The notes below the pieces were generated by a model. That model searched no databases. It saw nothing but the letters and a program-made list of their open reading frames with translations, and was not told the origin of the DNA. The position numbers and the translations under genes were made by a program. This document shows, one piece after another, positions 10,195 through 19,891 of a stretch of DNA of 64,000 nucleotides. The number at the start of each line of letters is the position of its first letter. Position 1 is the first letter of the stretch. This DNA comes from Flavobacteriales bacterium (lineage in GTDB: Bacteria; Bacteroidota; Bacteroidia; UBA10329), in assembly GCA_021741155.1 (NCBI GenBank), contig JAIOYP010000005.1, positions 46,668 to 110,667 on the forward strand, in the 5' to 3' direction.

Positions 10195-10599
10195 ATGGAA
10201 CACATCGAACATCTTGGGATTGCAGTAAATAGTTTGGAGGTTTCTATTCCAATCTACGAGAAACTGCTGAATACGAAATGCTATAAACAGGAAGCGGTGG
10301 AGTCTGAGCACGTGATTACTGCCTTTTTCCAAACCTCCAACAATAAGATTGAGCTACTTCAGGCGACTTCGAATGAAAGCGCAATTGCCAAATTCATTGA
10401 AAAGCGTGGCGAAGGAATACACCATGTGGCTTATTCGGTGAAGGATATTCAGGCAGAAATGGAACGATTACGAAAAGAAGGTTTTCGATTGTTAAATGAG
10501 CAACCAAAACGTGGAGCAGACAACAAACTCATTTGTTTCGTTCATCCGAAAGACACTTCAGGCGTTTTGATGGAACTCTGCCAAGAAATTTCAGAATAA
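10195..10599 (+). CDS. mce: Methylmalonyl-CoA epimerase
   Basis: IEHLGIAV, KIELL, GEGIHHVA and FVHPK...GVLMELCQ motifs (VOC fold). Confidence 0.92.
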   Translation: MEHIEHLGIAVNSLEVSIPIYEKLLNTKCYKQEAVESEHVITAFFQTSNNKIELLQATSNESAIAKFIEKRGEGIHHVAYSVKDIQAEMERLRKEGFRLLNEQPKRGADNKLICFVHPKDTSGVLMELCQEISE

Positions 10600-11214
10600 G
10601 TCGAGAATCGTTTCTCCCTTTTCCACTTGCAAGTGATACGCGTTGAGCCCCACTTTTCGAGCACCTTCAATGTGCTGAGGGGAATCATCAATAAATAGCG
10701 TTTTGGCAGGGTCAAATCCTTGCTCATCAAGCACGTGCTGAAATATCTGCTCGTCAGGTTTTCTCATTCCGACCTCATAGGAATAGTACAGCTTTTGGAA
10801 GTAACCAGAAAGGTCATTTAAGCCGTGTTCCAATTTTAACGCTTGGTTGAACTTGCGAATGTGAATCTCATTCGTGTTGCTCAAAAGCACAATCCTTTTT
10901 GTCTCGGCTAGCTTCTGCAATAGCTCAAGCCGCTCTTTAGGAAGATTAAGCAACATGGCGTTCCAAGCTTCATCAATTTGAGTATCACTCACCTCAACTC
11001 GAAATGCCCTTCTGATGCCTTCACGAAAATCATTTGAAGTCATCTCACCACGTTCGTAGTCATCAAACAGACCAGCTTGCACCAACTGGGAATAGCTTGA
11101 TTCAAATTCACTGATTCCTAGCTGTTGGAATGCGAAAATTGTTCTCGAATAATCGAGATTGAGAACAACTCCTCCAAGGTCGAAAATGATATTCGGGAAG
11201 TCTTTTGGCGGCAT
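10591..11214 (-). CDS. HAD-family phosphatase
   Basis: IIFDLGGV, LLSNTN, RKPD and FIDD motifs. Confidence 0.92.
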   Translation of the reverse strand: MPPKDFPNIIFDLGGVVLNLDYSRTIFAFQQLGISEFESSYSQLVQAGLFDDYERGEMTSNDFREGIRRAFRVEVSDTQIDEAWNAMLLNLPKERLELLQKLAETKRIVLLSNTNEIHIRKFNQALKLEHGLNDLSGYFQKLYYSYEVGMRKPDEQIFQHVLDEQGFDPAKTLFIDDSPQHIEGARKVGLNAYHLQVEKGETILDLF

Positions 11215-11293
11215 GAAACTCGTATTGGTCAGTTACGGCCAAATATATACTTTTGCCATCCGCTCAAATTGAACGGAAAATGTCGCAAGACAC

Positions 11294-11367
11294 GGGCCTA
11301 TAGCTCAGTTGGTTAGAGCACCTGACTCATAATCAGGGGGTCGCAGGATCATGCCCTGCTGGGCCCA
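11294..11367 (+). tRNA. tRNA with CAT anticodon (probably Ile2/lysidine type rather than Met)
   Basis: GGGCCTATAGCTCAGTTGGTTAGAGCACCTGACTCATAATCAGGGGGTCGCAGGATCATGCCCTGCTGGGCCCA folds as a cloverleaf; atypical T-loop ATCATGC. Confidence 0.92.
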
Positions 11368-11369
11368 CA
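11323..11369 (+). repeat. att direct repeat (left copy, 47 bp, 3' part of the tRNA)
   Basis: Identical to 20037-20083. Confidence 0.97.
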
Positions 11370-11480
11370 TTGAAAATCAAGGAGTTACGTCATTTTTTGA
11401 TGTGACTCCTTTTTTCATTTGCAAGTAATTTGCAAGCAAACGGCCTTCAACCGTAACAAATAGGAGTGAATCGGGGTTCG

Positions 11481-12356
11481 TCACTCAACTTTCACTGGTA
11501 GGGTGTTCGGAAATCGAACGCCTTGAAGGATTTTCCCTGCTCCACCGATCGGAATGACGGCCGTTATCATAACCACACTACCAACAAGCGAAGTAACACC
11601 ACCAGCCACAACTAAACCTGTCTGCACCTTTTCATCTTTGGCAAAATATCCTCCTGTTGCCAAGGCACCGCCCAAGAGGCTCAGGAAAAAACCGACACCA
11701 AATGTTTTCCTCGCATTCTGGAGTTGAAGACCAGCGAAGTTGATGTCCTTTTCAATCGTTTTAAATTCAGTCAAATCGACAACCAGATTTTTCGAATCTT
11801 TAAGCACAACCGGATTTTCTTTTACCGCCTCTACCTCTTTGAGTACTTCGGTGGTATCGGTTGTTCCCTTCGCTGATGAAAGCCTCAATTCAATTTCGGT
11901 TGCAGTTTCATAATCTACCAAAGCCCCTTGCTCATTACCCATTGCTTTTTTAGAATCGCCTCTGAATCGGTACCCTTTAGCATAGTTTGGGTCTATCTCG
12001 ATCGACTTACTGAAATCCTCAATCGCCCCTTGATAATCCTTTGAACGCGATTTTAAAAGACCTCTTTTGACATAAGCTTTAACTTGATCAGGGTCTAACT
12101 GAATCGCCTTTGTGTAGTCATCGAATGCCCCGTTCATATCCTGATTAAAAGAACGTTGTCGAGCGTTGCCACGAGCTGTGTAGGCATCTGCGAAATTGGG
12201 GTTTAACTTGATGGCCTTATTGAAGTCTCTTCTCGCTCCGTCAACGTCACCTGAAGAATACTTTTCTATCCCTTTCTCATAATACTCTTCTGCCGTTTGG
12301 GCGTAGCAGATGGAAACGGAAACAAGGGCTATCAATAAAACTATCGTCTTTCTCAT
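11481..12356 (-). CDS. Secreted TPR-repeat protein with C-terminal membrane helices
   Basis: Signal peptide; repeats of the form DFNKAIKLNPNFADAYTARG; two hydrophobic C-terminal segments. Confidence 0.85.
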   Translation of the reverse strand: MRKTIVLLIALVSVSICYAQTAEEYYEKGIEKYSSGDVDGARRDFNKAIKLNPNFADAYTARGNARQRSFNQDMNGAFDDYTKAIQLDPDQVKAYVKRGLLKSRSKDYQGAIEDFSKSIEIDPNYAKGYRFRGDSKKAMGNEQGALVDYETATEIELRLSSAKGTTDTTEVLKEVEAVKENPVVLKDSKNLVVDLTEFKTIEKDINFAGLQLQNARKTFGVGFFLSLLGGALATGGYFAKDEKVQTGLVVAGGVTSLVGSVVMITAVIPIGGAGKILQGVRFPNTLPVKVE

Positions 12357-12745
12357 TTGGGTTGTTTTAGGTATTCACGGAATTTGTCAATCTCACATCC
12401 TGCCCGTGCGCGTGCGCGTAATTTTGCAGCAGGAAATCACGGCCTTTCTGTTGAATTGTAGGCCACGGAAAGGGAATAACGTTGATTATCAGCATATTGT
12501 CCTCTGTGTGTTTTGTGTTCGAGTGGAGATAAAGCTGAACGCATTTCCAATAGACCTCAAACCCTGCCGTGTACAATAGCCCCCAAGGCAACACGCTCGC
12601 GTGAATGGATAGGAATTGAGGCTGAAAATCTATTTCGCACCGATTCTGAGAGGCTCCCCGAAGCGGATAAAGGGACCGGGGGCATATTCCGACAACGATC
12701 GGTTTTGAATAAAAAGGGTATCTAATACGCGCATCGATAAGCATG

Positions 12746-13132
12746 CTACTCGTCTATTTGAACTTCATAGGTCTTTCCTTCTTCACCATAGATAGTGGCG
12801 TTTCCTGATTCATCCAGTTCAGCGGATTGAATGTGGTCGCTGTCCAGATAGCCGCCACTTTCAAAATAGATGGTAGTTACCTCATTGTTCTCAACCTCTA
12901 CTTCTAAGGTGTACGTGGCTGAATGCCCTGTTTCGGAGTTGTTGTAATAGACCGTTGCCGCATGTGTGCCGTCCTCAAATACTTCGCTTGCCTCTTCTTT
13001 CTCAGCGTAGGTTTCTGTGCTTATCTCAAAATCGGTTGTAGCTGCTTCGGGGCTGCTTTCCTGCTCTTGGCCTGAACCACAGGCTTGGAGCATCAGGGCT
13101 AATGGCAGAAGTAAAAACACAATGCGTTTCAT
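12746..13132 (-). CDS. Acidic lipoprotein, hypothetical
   Basis: LQAC lipobox; Glu/Thr-rich. Confidence 0.75.
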   Translation of the reverse strand: MKRIVFLLLPLALMLQACGSGQEQESSPEAATTDFEISTETYAEKEEASEVFEDGTHAATVYYNNSETGHSATYTLEVEVENNEVTTIYFESGGYLDSDHIQSAELDESGNATIYGEEGKTYEVQIDE

Positions 13133-13139
13133 GAGTTGA

Positions 13140-13748
13140 TTAGTTACAATACTCTCTAATTAGTTCATAAGCGTCTTCATCTCCGAGTTCACCAGCTTTA
13201 GATAAATCCAAACATCCGCTATCTTTTTGTCCTAATATTAGTTTAGAACATCCTCTATTGTAGTAAGCATTTACATTACTAGCATTAAGCTCAATAGCTT
13301 TACTGTAATCTGCAATAGCTCCTCTGTGATCTTCTAACCCGCCTTTAGAATTCCCTCTATTGTTGTAAGCATCTGTATGACTAGGATAAAGCTCTATCGC
13401 TTTACTGTAATCTGCTATAGCTCCTCTGTGGTCTCCTAATTTGCTTTTAGAAACGCCTCTATTGTTGTAAAAATCTGCATCTCTAGCATAAAGCTCTATG
13501 GCTTTACTAAAATCAGCTATTGCTCCTCTGTGGTCTTCTAAAGCGGCTTTAGCAATTCCTCTATTGTGGTAATTCCCTGCATGACTAGGACCAAGGTCAA
13601 TAGCCTTGCTAATATCGGCTATTGCACCTCTATAATCTCCAAGATCAGCTTTTGACGCCCCTCTTTTGGAATATTCTTCTGCCGTTTGTCCATAGCATAT
13701 GGAGACGGAAACAAGAGTAATAAACGTAGCAAGTATGATTCTCAGCAT
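13140..13748 (-). CDS. Secreted TPR-repeat protein
   Basis: Four 34-aa repeats (D[HY]RGAIAD.SKAI.L) plus a GCLDLSKAGELG cap; signal peptide. Confidence 0.9.
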   Translation of the reverse strand: MLRIILATFITLVSVSICYGQTAEEYSKRGASKADLGDYRGAIADISKAIDLGPSHAGNYHNRGIAKAALEDHRGAIADFSKAIELYARDADFYNNRGVSKSKLGDHRGAIADYSKAIELYPSHTDAYNNRGNSKGGLEDHRGAIADYSKAIELNASNVNAYYNRGCSKLILGQKDSGCLDLSKAGELGDEDAYELIREYCN

Positions 13749-13780
13749 CGCGATAGGTTATTCATGTGTAGGTGTCCGGT

Positions 13781-14047
13781 TCAATCCTCATGTCCGCAAA
13801 GCGTTCTTCCGTAGGTGTTTTGAGCATCGTAAAGCGAAACTGTCTTTATCTCATGGGTGCAGTTCTTCAATGCAAAGCAATTCTTATCCTTGTGGTAAGC
13901 CTTGCTGCTTTTGCTATCGCATATATAGACGGCTGAAACTTCTACTGATTCGGTAGAAATGCTAATCAAAACAAACAGCATAATCAAACTGTGTAAGGCA
14001 ATAGACTTGAATTGCATTGCTTTTGAAATTTTCATGGGCTTTCTCAC
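13781..14047 (-). CDS. Small exported protein with a Cys/His putative metal-binding motif
   Basis: VYIC...YH....C....C...LC pattern after a hydrophobic segment. Confidence 0.7.
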   Translation of the reverse strand: MRKPMKISKAMQFKSIALHSLIMLFVLISISTESVEVSAVYICDSKSSKAYHKDKNCFALKNCTHEIKTVSLYDAQNTYGRTLCGHED

Positions 14048-14364
14048 TCACTAGGTTCTTGAGTTTCTTCGTTACTCTTAGAGCGTACCTCTTGTAGCTT
14101 TGCTTGATGGTCGAATAGGAATGAGCCATAGTACGCCTCTTCACCAAATCTCCCGTGGATCTTGGTCTTAGATATACCTGTGAATAACGATTCACCGGTT
14201 CTTGTGTCAGTAATAATTACCGCACCGTCTTTTGTAACACTTGTCGCATATCTACCATTACTTGCGTAACAGCTCAGTTGATAGCCGATGAAAGAGAGTA
14301 TTGCGATAACCGCTAATTTGAAAATGGTATCAGTAATCAGTTTTGAGGAGGTATTCGTTTCCAT
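14044..14364 (-). CDS. Hypothetical membrane-anchored protein
   Basis: N-terminal hydrophobic helix; overlaps both neighbours in an operon-like arrangement. Confidence 0.6.
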   Translation of the reverse strand: METNTSSKLITDTIFKLAVIAILSFIGYQLSCYASNGRYATSVTKDGAVIITDTRTGESLFTGISKTKIHGRFGEEAYYGSFLFDHQAKLQEVRSKSNEETQEPSE

Positions 14365-15019
14365 TGAAAATAGAATTAGGTTTATATCTGATGTAGGTTG
14401 TAAAATCCACTAGCTCACCACGTAAAAACAGGGATGAGTATTCCTCTTTATGGATGCTAACATCGACATCAGCATCTTCACAATTATCATATACATGTAC
14501 GTAGTCAACCTCGTCCTGAAACCTCATCATCTTGGATGACTGAATGCCAGAAGGTTTGATTATAAAACAGCCTTGTTCAAACACTGACACTTTGGGAAAA
14601 TCGTTCTGTCTTTCTTTTAGCATTAGCGAATCCACAGTAATCGCGCAGTAAACCCCTTCTGAGTATGTGTTACTTGGAGAAATGTAATCGTTCATTACCT
14701 TAATGATATAAGCATCTCCGTGTTTAACTATATCATCCACTTGCCCAGTTATTGCTAAAAACCTGGTTGTATCGAGTTTCTCCTGTAACTGATACAAATA
14801 GTTGATTGTAGTATCTTCCAAGCCTATTGCACCATACAATTCCATTAACCTAGCTTCTTCTAGGTCGTTCAATGAGTCTATTTGCGCCCGAGTGAGTTCA
14901 ACTTTCTCAGTTGATTCATCGATCTCAACTTCATTTTCATTACTACCAGTTTCTTGATGGGAACAGGCGATGTTCAAAGTCAACATAAGTATAGTTGCAA
15001 TCAGTAGGTGTGTTTTCAT
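14330..15019 (-). CDS. Hypothetical lipoprotein
   Basis: NIAC lipobox; 229-aa ORF. Confidence 0.7.
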   Translation of the reverse strand: MKTHLLIATILMLTLNIACSHQETGSNENEVEIDESTEKVELTRAQIDSLNDLEEARLMELYGAIGLEDTTINYLYQLQEKLDTTRFLAITGQVDDIVKHGDAYIIKVMNDYISPSNTYSEGVYCAITVDSLMLKERQNDFPKVSVFEQGCFIIKPSGIQSSKMMRFQDEVDYVHVYDNCEDADVDVSIHKEEYSSLFLRGELVDFTTYIRYKPNSIFNGNEYLLKTDY

Positions 15020-15106
15020 GTCTAAGTGCTAATTGAATTCGAAACCTAACTAAAACAATTCAATTTGAGTGGATTAAAGTAACACGCAATGTTCAAAGCT
15101 ATAAAT

Positions 15107-15126
15107 TAGACCGATACCTCGGTCTA
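15107..15126. promoter_or_regulatory. Palindromic operator candidate upstream of the XRE regulator
   Basis: TAGACCGA-tacc-TCGGTCTA perfect 8-bp inverted repeat between divergent genes. Confidence 0.55.
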
Positions 15127-15158
15127 TTGGTGTGCGATAAGCTTCGGACTTTGCCGCT

Positions 15159-15386
15159 ATGGGTCAGATCAGGGATGAGGCTTACTTGCAGCGGTTCGGG
15201 TTTCATGTTCGGAAACTACGTACGGAAAAGCAACTGTCTCAATACCAATTGGCCGACCTTGCCAATGTTAGCCGTAGTCAGATCATGGGTATTGAGAACG
15301 GAACTATAAACCCAACGCTTTGCACCCTTAAAGCGGTGGCCGATGGTTTGAGCATACCGTTAGCCGAACTGGTGGAGGTTGGTTAA
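15159..15386 (+). CDS. XRE-family HTH transcriptional regulator
   Basis: [29 protein letters not shown]. Confidence 0.9.
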   Translation: MGQIRDEAYLQRFGFHVRKLRTEKQLSQYQLADLANVSRSQIMGIENGTINPTLCTLKAVADGLSIPLAELVEVG

Positions 15387-15898
15387 TCCTTGTCCGTTTG
15401 TTTAAAGCCGATCTGTTTCCTTGATTTCAGTTCCTGCGCCCGTTTTTCGCCCTCCATCAGGTAGCCGATGGCCTCAAAGATGTCGTTGAACTGCCTGTCG
15501 TAGCGTTGCTCCAATTCTTTCAGTTGGCGTGTGAGTTCGGTATGTGAAAGGGCAAACTGCCGCATGAGAACAAACGCACGCATGATGGCGATATTGACAC
15601 GGATGGCCTTTTCGCTGTTCAGTACGCTTGAAAGCATGGAAACACCTTGCTCGGTGAATGCGTAGGGCGGTGTGCGTCTTCCTCCCCAACTTGACATCAC
15701 AGATCGTGATTTCAAGTCTGACCATTCGTCTGCATCCAGTTGGAACATGAAGTCTTCCGGAAACCGCTGCAAGTTCCGTTTCACAGCCTGATTGAGCGTC
15801 CTTGTTTCCACCTCATACAATTCGGCAAGGTCGAAATCTAACATCACCTGTTGCTCCCGTATGGAGTGTATTCTACTGCGTATGATTTCGAGTTCCAT
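15383..15898 (-). CDS. ORF6N-domain DNA-binding protein
   Basis: [33 protein letters not shown] and [15 protein letters not shown] motifs. Confidence 0.92.
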   Translation of the reverse strand: MELEIIRSRIHSIREQQVMLDFDLAELYEVETRTLNQAVKRNLQRFPEDFMFQLDADEWSDLKSRSVMSSWGGRRTPPYAFTEQGVSMLSSVLNSEKAIRVNIAIMRAFVLMRQFALSHTELTRQLKELEQRYDRQFNDIFEAIGYLMEGEKRAQELKSRKQIGFKQTDKD

Positions 15899-15956
15899 TT
15901 TTGACGTACTACTGTGGTTTGCAAACATAATTATCCTGTGCTTTGGGTTTGTGGTT

Positions 15957-17165
15957 TCAATAAGGGTCGTTCACGTCCATGCCCAAAGCATCGAACAGTT
16001 GTTCTCTTGTGAGACTATCTAAACCGCTTGACCGAGAAGCAGGGAATTTCCCACACTTGGATAAACTATGCAAATTCCCTGTTTCCTCCTTTTGAGGTTG
16101 GGAATGCACCCCTATGTAAATTCCCTGATTCGGGTCATTCTGTGGCCTATGTTCGGATATTGAGGGGGGTGTGAAAATTCCCGCTTTTTCGGAGCTTTCT
16201 GTAGTGAATTTGCGGAGGGGTTGCAGCTTGGCCGCCATTGCCTCCGAAATCTGTTGTTTTAGGTCGGAGTGTTGGGCTTGGAACTTTTCGGCCCTCTCCC
16301 ATTCCTGCCTGAATTTGTTCTTGGGAACTATCCCTTCAGTTTGCGTCTCTTTGAGGTGTTTCCAAAACTTGGGGTTTGACCATTGGAGTATTTTCTCCCT
16401 TTGCTTGGGCTTGAACTCATCCAACCTCTGCAAAAGGCTATTGTCGAAAAATAGGGTGTCTTCGTTCCACATGTCCAGCACCATGTCGGCCAGCAGTATG
16501 AGGCAGAACGGATTGTGGAGGTCTGAGAGGTAGCGGATGCCTGTTCTCTTGAAGCTTCTTGACAAGCGGTTCTTCTTCTCAATTCGCAATGTATTAGCAT
16601 ACTGTGGAAGGTTGCGAAAATGCTTTCCCTTGTCGTAGTAGGCAGAAAAGTAGCCGCCATTGTCTGCCCCTCTGAAATCGCCTTCGGTCATTTGCATATC
16701 TCGCACAAGGTGATTCCCTTGCCAAATGATGCTATCAAGAATCAATTGAACACGCATATCGTGAAGGTTTAGCCCCGTTTCGAGGCCTTCTAATCGACTT
16801 GTTCTGAGGCACAGCCCAAATTCCGTCTCCAGCCTGTAAAGGACAAACAGAAGCATTCGGTAGGTGAAATCGTTTGCATTATGTAGCCCTTTGTTAGCGA
16901 AACGGTGAAGACTGCCTCTGATTATCCACCTCGTTTCTCCTTGCAGAATGAAACGCAGCCCTTGAAACTGACCGAACCATTTACCAACCTCTTCACTATC
17001 AGGCGGAGCAGTACGGGAAAATTTAAGGTCCGGGTGTTCCCACAAAGGGCGTTCCCCTGGTCTGAAACTTGCGACTATCCGCACCCCGTCAACGGTTACA
17101 ACCGCATCCAATAGCTTATCTTCGCCCTGTTCCCCAACAGAAGCGGTAGGTATGTGCGGTTGCAT
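15957..17165 (-). CDS. Putative Rep_trans/phage gene II-like rolling-circle replication initiator or relaxase
   Basis: GSLHRF...HNANDF, LETGLN, YYDK and LRIEK motifs; lies directly downstream of the excisionase. Confidence 0.6.
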   Translation of the reverse strand: MQPHIPTASVGEQGEDKLLDAVVTVDGVRIVASFRPGERPLWEHPDLKFSRTAPPDSEEVGKWFGQFQGLRFILQGETRWIIRGSLHRFANKGLHNANDFTYRMLLFVLYRLETEFGLCLRTSRLEGLETGLNLHDMRVQLILDSIIWQGNHLVRDMQMTEGDFRGADNGGYFSAYYDKGKHFRNLPQYANTLRIEKKNRLSRSFKRTGIRYLSDLHNPFCLILLADMVLDMWNEDTLFFDNSLLQRLDEFKPKQREKILQWSNPKFWKHLKETQTEGIVPKNKFRQEWERAEKFQAQHSDLKQQISEAMAAKLQPLRKFTTESSEKAGIFTPPSISEHRPQNDPNQGIYIGVHSQPQKEETGNLHSLSKCGKFPASRSSGLDSLTREQLFDALGMDVNDPY

Positions 17166-17167
17166 GC

Positions 17168-17536
17168 TTACCGCTTTTTCCTTTTCACCGATTGGCGAAG
17201 CAGTTCATTGGCCTCTTGCTCTATTGCCTCCTGTTGTTCGGCTGCTGTGGGGGTGTAATTGCCTTTCAGCATGGCCTCTACGTCCGAACGTTTGAAAAGG
17301 AGCTTGCGGCCTACCTTGCTGGAGGCTATGCGGCCTTGGTGCTTCCAATTGTAGATGGTGCCTTCCGTAACGGTGTTGCGGAGTATTGCCCTTGCCTCTT
17401 TCAACGTGACATAATCGGGTAATTGTTGAGGTGGTTCGCTTGCCGCTGCAAGTCTGCGTTCTATGCCTTCCACCTTGGCCAATAGTTGGCCGATCGCGTG
17501 GGGCAAATTGTCGAATGTGATTTGGTTTGATTGCAT
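17168..17536 (-). CDS. Excisionase-like HTH_17 DNA-binding protein
   Basis: ITFDNLP...TIYNW...KVGRKLLFKRSDV, typical of Bacteroidetes element Xis proteins. Confidence 0.85.
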   Translation of the reverse strand: MQSNQITFDNLPHAIGQLLAKVEGIERRLAAASEPPQQLPDYVTLKEARAILRNTVTEGTIYNWKHQGRIASSKVGRKLLFKRSDVEAMLKGNYTPTAAEQQEAIEQEANELLRQSVKRKKR

Positions 17537-17611
17537 TGCTCTCGTTGTTGATTCGAGCGCAAAGGTTCACGGGGGCTAATCCGTGAAAGGGGTTGCAAGG
17601 GGTTGCAATCT

Positions 17612-18640
17612 TTACTTCACTGCATCTAAGTACATCCTATTCCAGTTACTTAGGTCTGTTTCGGCCTCGTTTTTTTCTTTCCCCTTAAGATTGGGGATAA
17701 TCACCCTAACGTCTTCAAGTATCGCCTTCATGGCTTTGGGCGATTTTGTGTCGCTCTCCTTGTACTTGTCCACTTCGCCATTGAAGGCCGATTCACGGTC
17801 TTTAGCCCTCCGTAGCTTGTCGAATTTAGTGTACAACTGTTGGCCTGATGTCGCGCTTGTCAGACCGCATAGGGTTACAGCAAAGTTGTCCGCTTTCTTA
17901 TCGCGGTCTGTCCGTGGATCCATAATTCCAGCGTTTTGATATGCCAATAGATACGCGGCCTGTCGCAGGGTCAATATGGAAGACTCGTTTACTCCTGCTC
18001 CGTCTCCGCTCTCTTGAAGTGGTGTAGATGTGTCCGCCTTGAGTAACCCTTCCTCTATCGTAACACATCCTTCGCTTACCTCTTTCAAAAAGTCCATCCA
18101 TTGGACGGCAATAGGAAGCCTATTTACTGAATTTCCGAACGTATCCTTAAAATTTTGATGCTCTATCTCTGCGAAGTTTCTTAGCGATAAGGTCTCATTG
18201 AACTCCTGTACCTTTTTGAACTTGATCCACAGCAACTCCTCCAGTTTTGACTGTTCAGTAGATTCTACCGTATCCAATAATTCCCATCTCTCCTCAGATT
18301 TGGGTAATGGACCGCCATTCCAACGCGCGCTTTGTCTCAAGGTCTCGGTACCGTCATGGAGCGAAAGAACTGTAAATGCCATCATAGGACGCATTGCCAA
18401 AAATCCTGTTCTGTTCTTGTACGTTGAGCGGGACAACTTCTCTAAATCAGTACTGTGCCTGAAAATCTGAATCTCAAGCGATGGATAATCAAAGTAACTG
18501 ACTAAGCCATTATCTCTTCTCCATTCATCATGGTTTTTGCTGGAGAAATCAGATGGCAATCGATAGTAATCTTTGCCTCTGAAACTGTAATCCGGTTTTA
18601 GAGAATTTCCTTTTGAATCCTCGGGGTCTTGCTGTTCCAT
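17612..18640 (-). CDS. Hypothetical protein between integrase and excisionase
   Basis: 342-aa ORF; no family recognised. Confidence 0.7.
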   Translation of the reverse strand: MEQQDPEDSKGNSLKPDYSFRGKDYYRLPSDFSSKNHDEWRRDNGLVSYFDYPSLEIQIFRHSTDLEKLSRSTYKNRTGFLAMRPMMAFTVLSLHDGTETLRQSARWNGGPLPKSEERWELLDTVESTEQSKLEELLWIKFKKVQEFNETLSLRNFAEIEHQNFKDTFGNSVNRLPIAVQWMDFLKEVSEGCVTIEEGLLKADTSTPLQESGDGAGVNESSILTLRQAAYLLAYQNAGIMDPRTDRDKKADNFAVTLCGLTSATSGQQLYTKFDKLRRAKDRESAFNGEVDKYKESDTKSPKAMKAILEDVRVIIPNLKGKEKNEAETDLSNWNRMYLDAVK

Positions 18641-18655
18641 TATCCTTGCCTTGGC

Positions 18656-19891
18656 CTAAAAGTCCATTACTGCCTGTGCCATTTTCTTCTTGGCTTCATC
18701 GCCAAACCCAGCGAAGTAATTGAGGGTTGTTTTCATGTCACTATGATCAAGGCTTTCACGCATAAATTCCATGCTTGCGCCTTTCAATACAGCAATGGTG
18801 GCAAAGGAATGGCGTGCCCAATATGTTGAAACTACCTGCAACTTGTTGGCCGTGCATAGCTTTTCCAAGTGTTGGTTCACATAGCGGGTAAACCCTTTAA
18901 CCGCCCTGTGTTGCTGTTCTGCGTCCATGCCCTCATCCACTATCGGGAACACGTAGGGCGATTTGGCAGGCGGGTTTCCGTGCCTCTTAATGATGTCGTG
19001 ATGTGTGTCATTCAGAAACACAGTTACGGGTGTCCGTCCGTCCTTCTTGGTACGCTTGGTCTTTTCGCGAAGGAATGTCAATCTGTCGGCCTCCAATTGT
19101 TCCCAACGCAATAGGACAATGTCTTTCATGTTCATGCCATTGCTTGCAAAGCTGAAAAAGAAGAAATCCCTCGCCCGTGCCTGTTCATCGGTTGTTGGTT
19201 TGGCATCCATCAGTTGCCTTAGCTGTGCGCCTGAAAGTGCCTTCTTGGTGTTCTTAGACGCAGGTACAACGTATTTCCTTCGACCGAAAGGATAATGGTC
19301 GGGATTGACAAGCTTGTCAGCAATTGCATCATTGAAGATTGCTCTAAGCGGTCGCAAATAAATGCCCACGGTGGTCAGGCTCCGGCCATTGTTTGCCATG
19401 TAGGTTTCAAAGTTCTCAAGGAACTGCGGAGTGATTGCGCTGAACTGCAATGTGCTTTTTCCCGAAAACGCTTGTAGAGCCTTGGCTGAACATTGGTAAG
19501 AATCGGCTGTCCCTATCCGTTTGGCTGCTTTGAGTTTGGCTATGCGCTGGTCATAGTGCCAAAAAACATTCTGTGCCTCTCCTACGGGCATCAGGGCCTT
19601 GCGTTCGTATGCCTCAAAAGTGAAGTGTTCCAATGTGTCAACTGTTGCCTGTGCCTCGGTCTGTAAAGCTTGCAACCGCTGTTTCAAAGGCTGAAATTCC
19701 CTTCGGGGTTTCACCGTCTCCCATGCTGAATGAAAGTCCCGTTCTGAAAGACTAAGTTTAGTTCCGTAGAACTTACCCTCTTTCGTCATGCTGTCCCATA
19801 CATACAATTTCAAAGGAAAGGTTCCGTCCTTTTTCTGCCTCCGTCTGTCCAATGTAACGGATACCGTAGCGGTTGCCTGTCTGTTGCTCAT
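18656..19891 (-). CDS. Tyrosine recombinase/integrase (arm-binding + SAM-like + catalytic domains)
   Basis: LDRRRQKKDGTFPLKL arm domain; GMNMKDI, ARHSFAT and LDHSDMKTTLNY motifs. Confidence 0.95.
   Translation of the reverse strand: MSNRQATATVSVTLDRRRQKKDGTFPLKLYVWDSMTKEGKFYGTKLSLSERDFHSAWETVKPRREFQPLKQRLQALQTEAQATVDTLEHFTFEAYERKALMPVGEAQNVFWHYDQRIAKLKAAKRIGTADSYQCSAKALQAFSGKSTLQFSAITPQFLENFETYMANNGRSLTTVGIYLRPLRAIFNDAIADKLVNPDHYPFGRRKYVVPASKNTKKALSGAQLRQLMDAKPTTDEQARARDFFFFSFASNGMNMKDIVLLRWEQLEADRLTFLREKTKRTKKDGRTPVTVFLNDTHHDIIKRHGNPPAKSPYVFPIVDEGMDAEQQHRAVKGFTRYVNQHLEKLCTANKLQVVSTYWARHSFATIAVLKGASMEFMRESLDHSDMKTTLNYFAGFGDEAKKKMAQAVMDF

Noticed and set aside
12367-12744. 125-aa ORF as a real gene
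   Set aside because: No recognisable motif or export signal and atypical composition; treated as probably noncoding.
13140-13748. CRISPR array or diversity-generating retroelement suggested by repeats
   Set aside because: The repeats are in-frame TPR units with no unique spacers; no cas or reverse transcriptase gene is present in the window.
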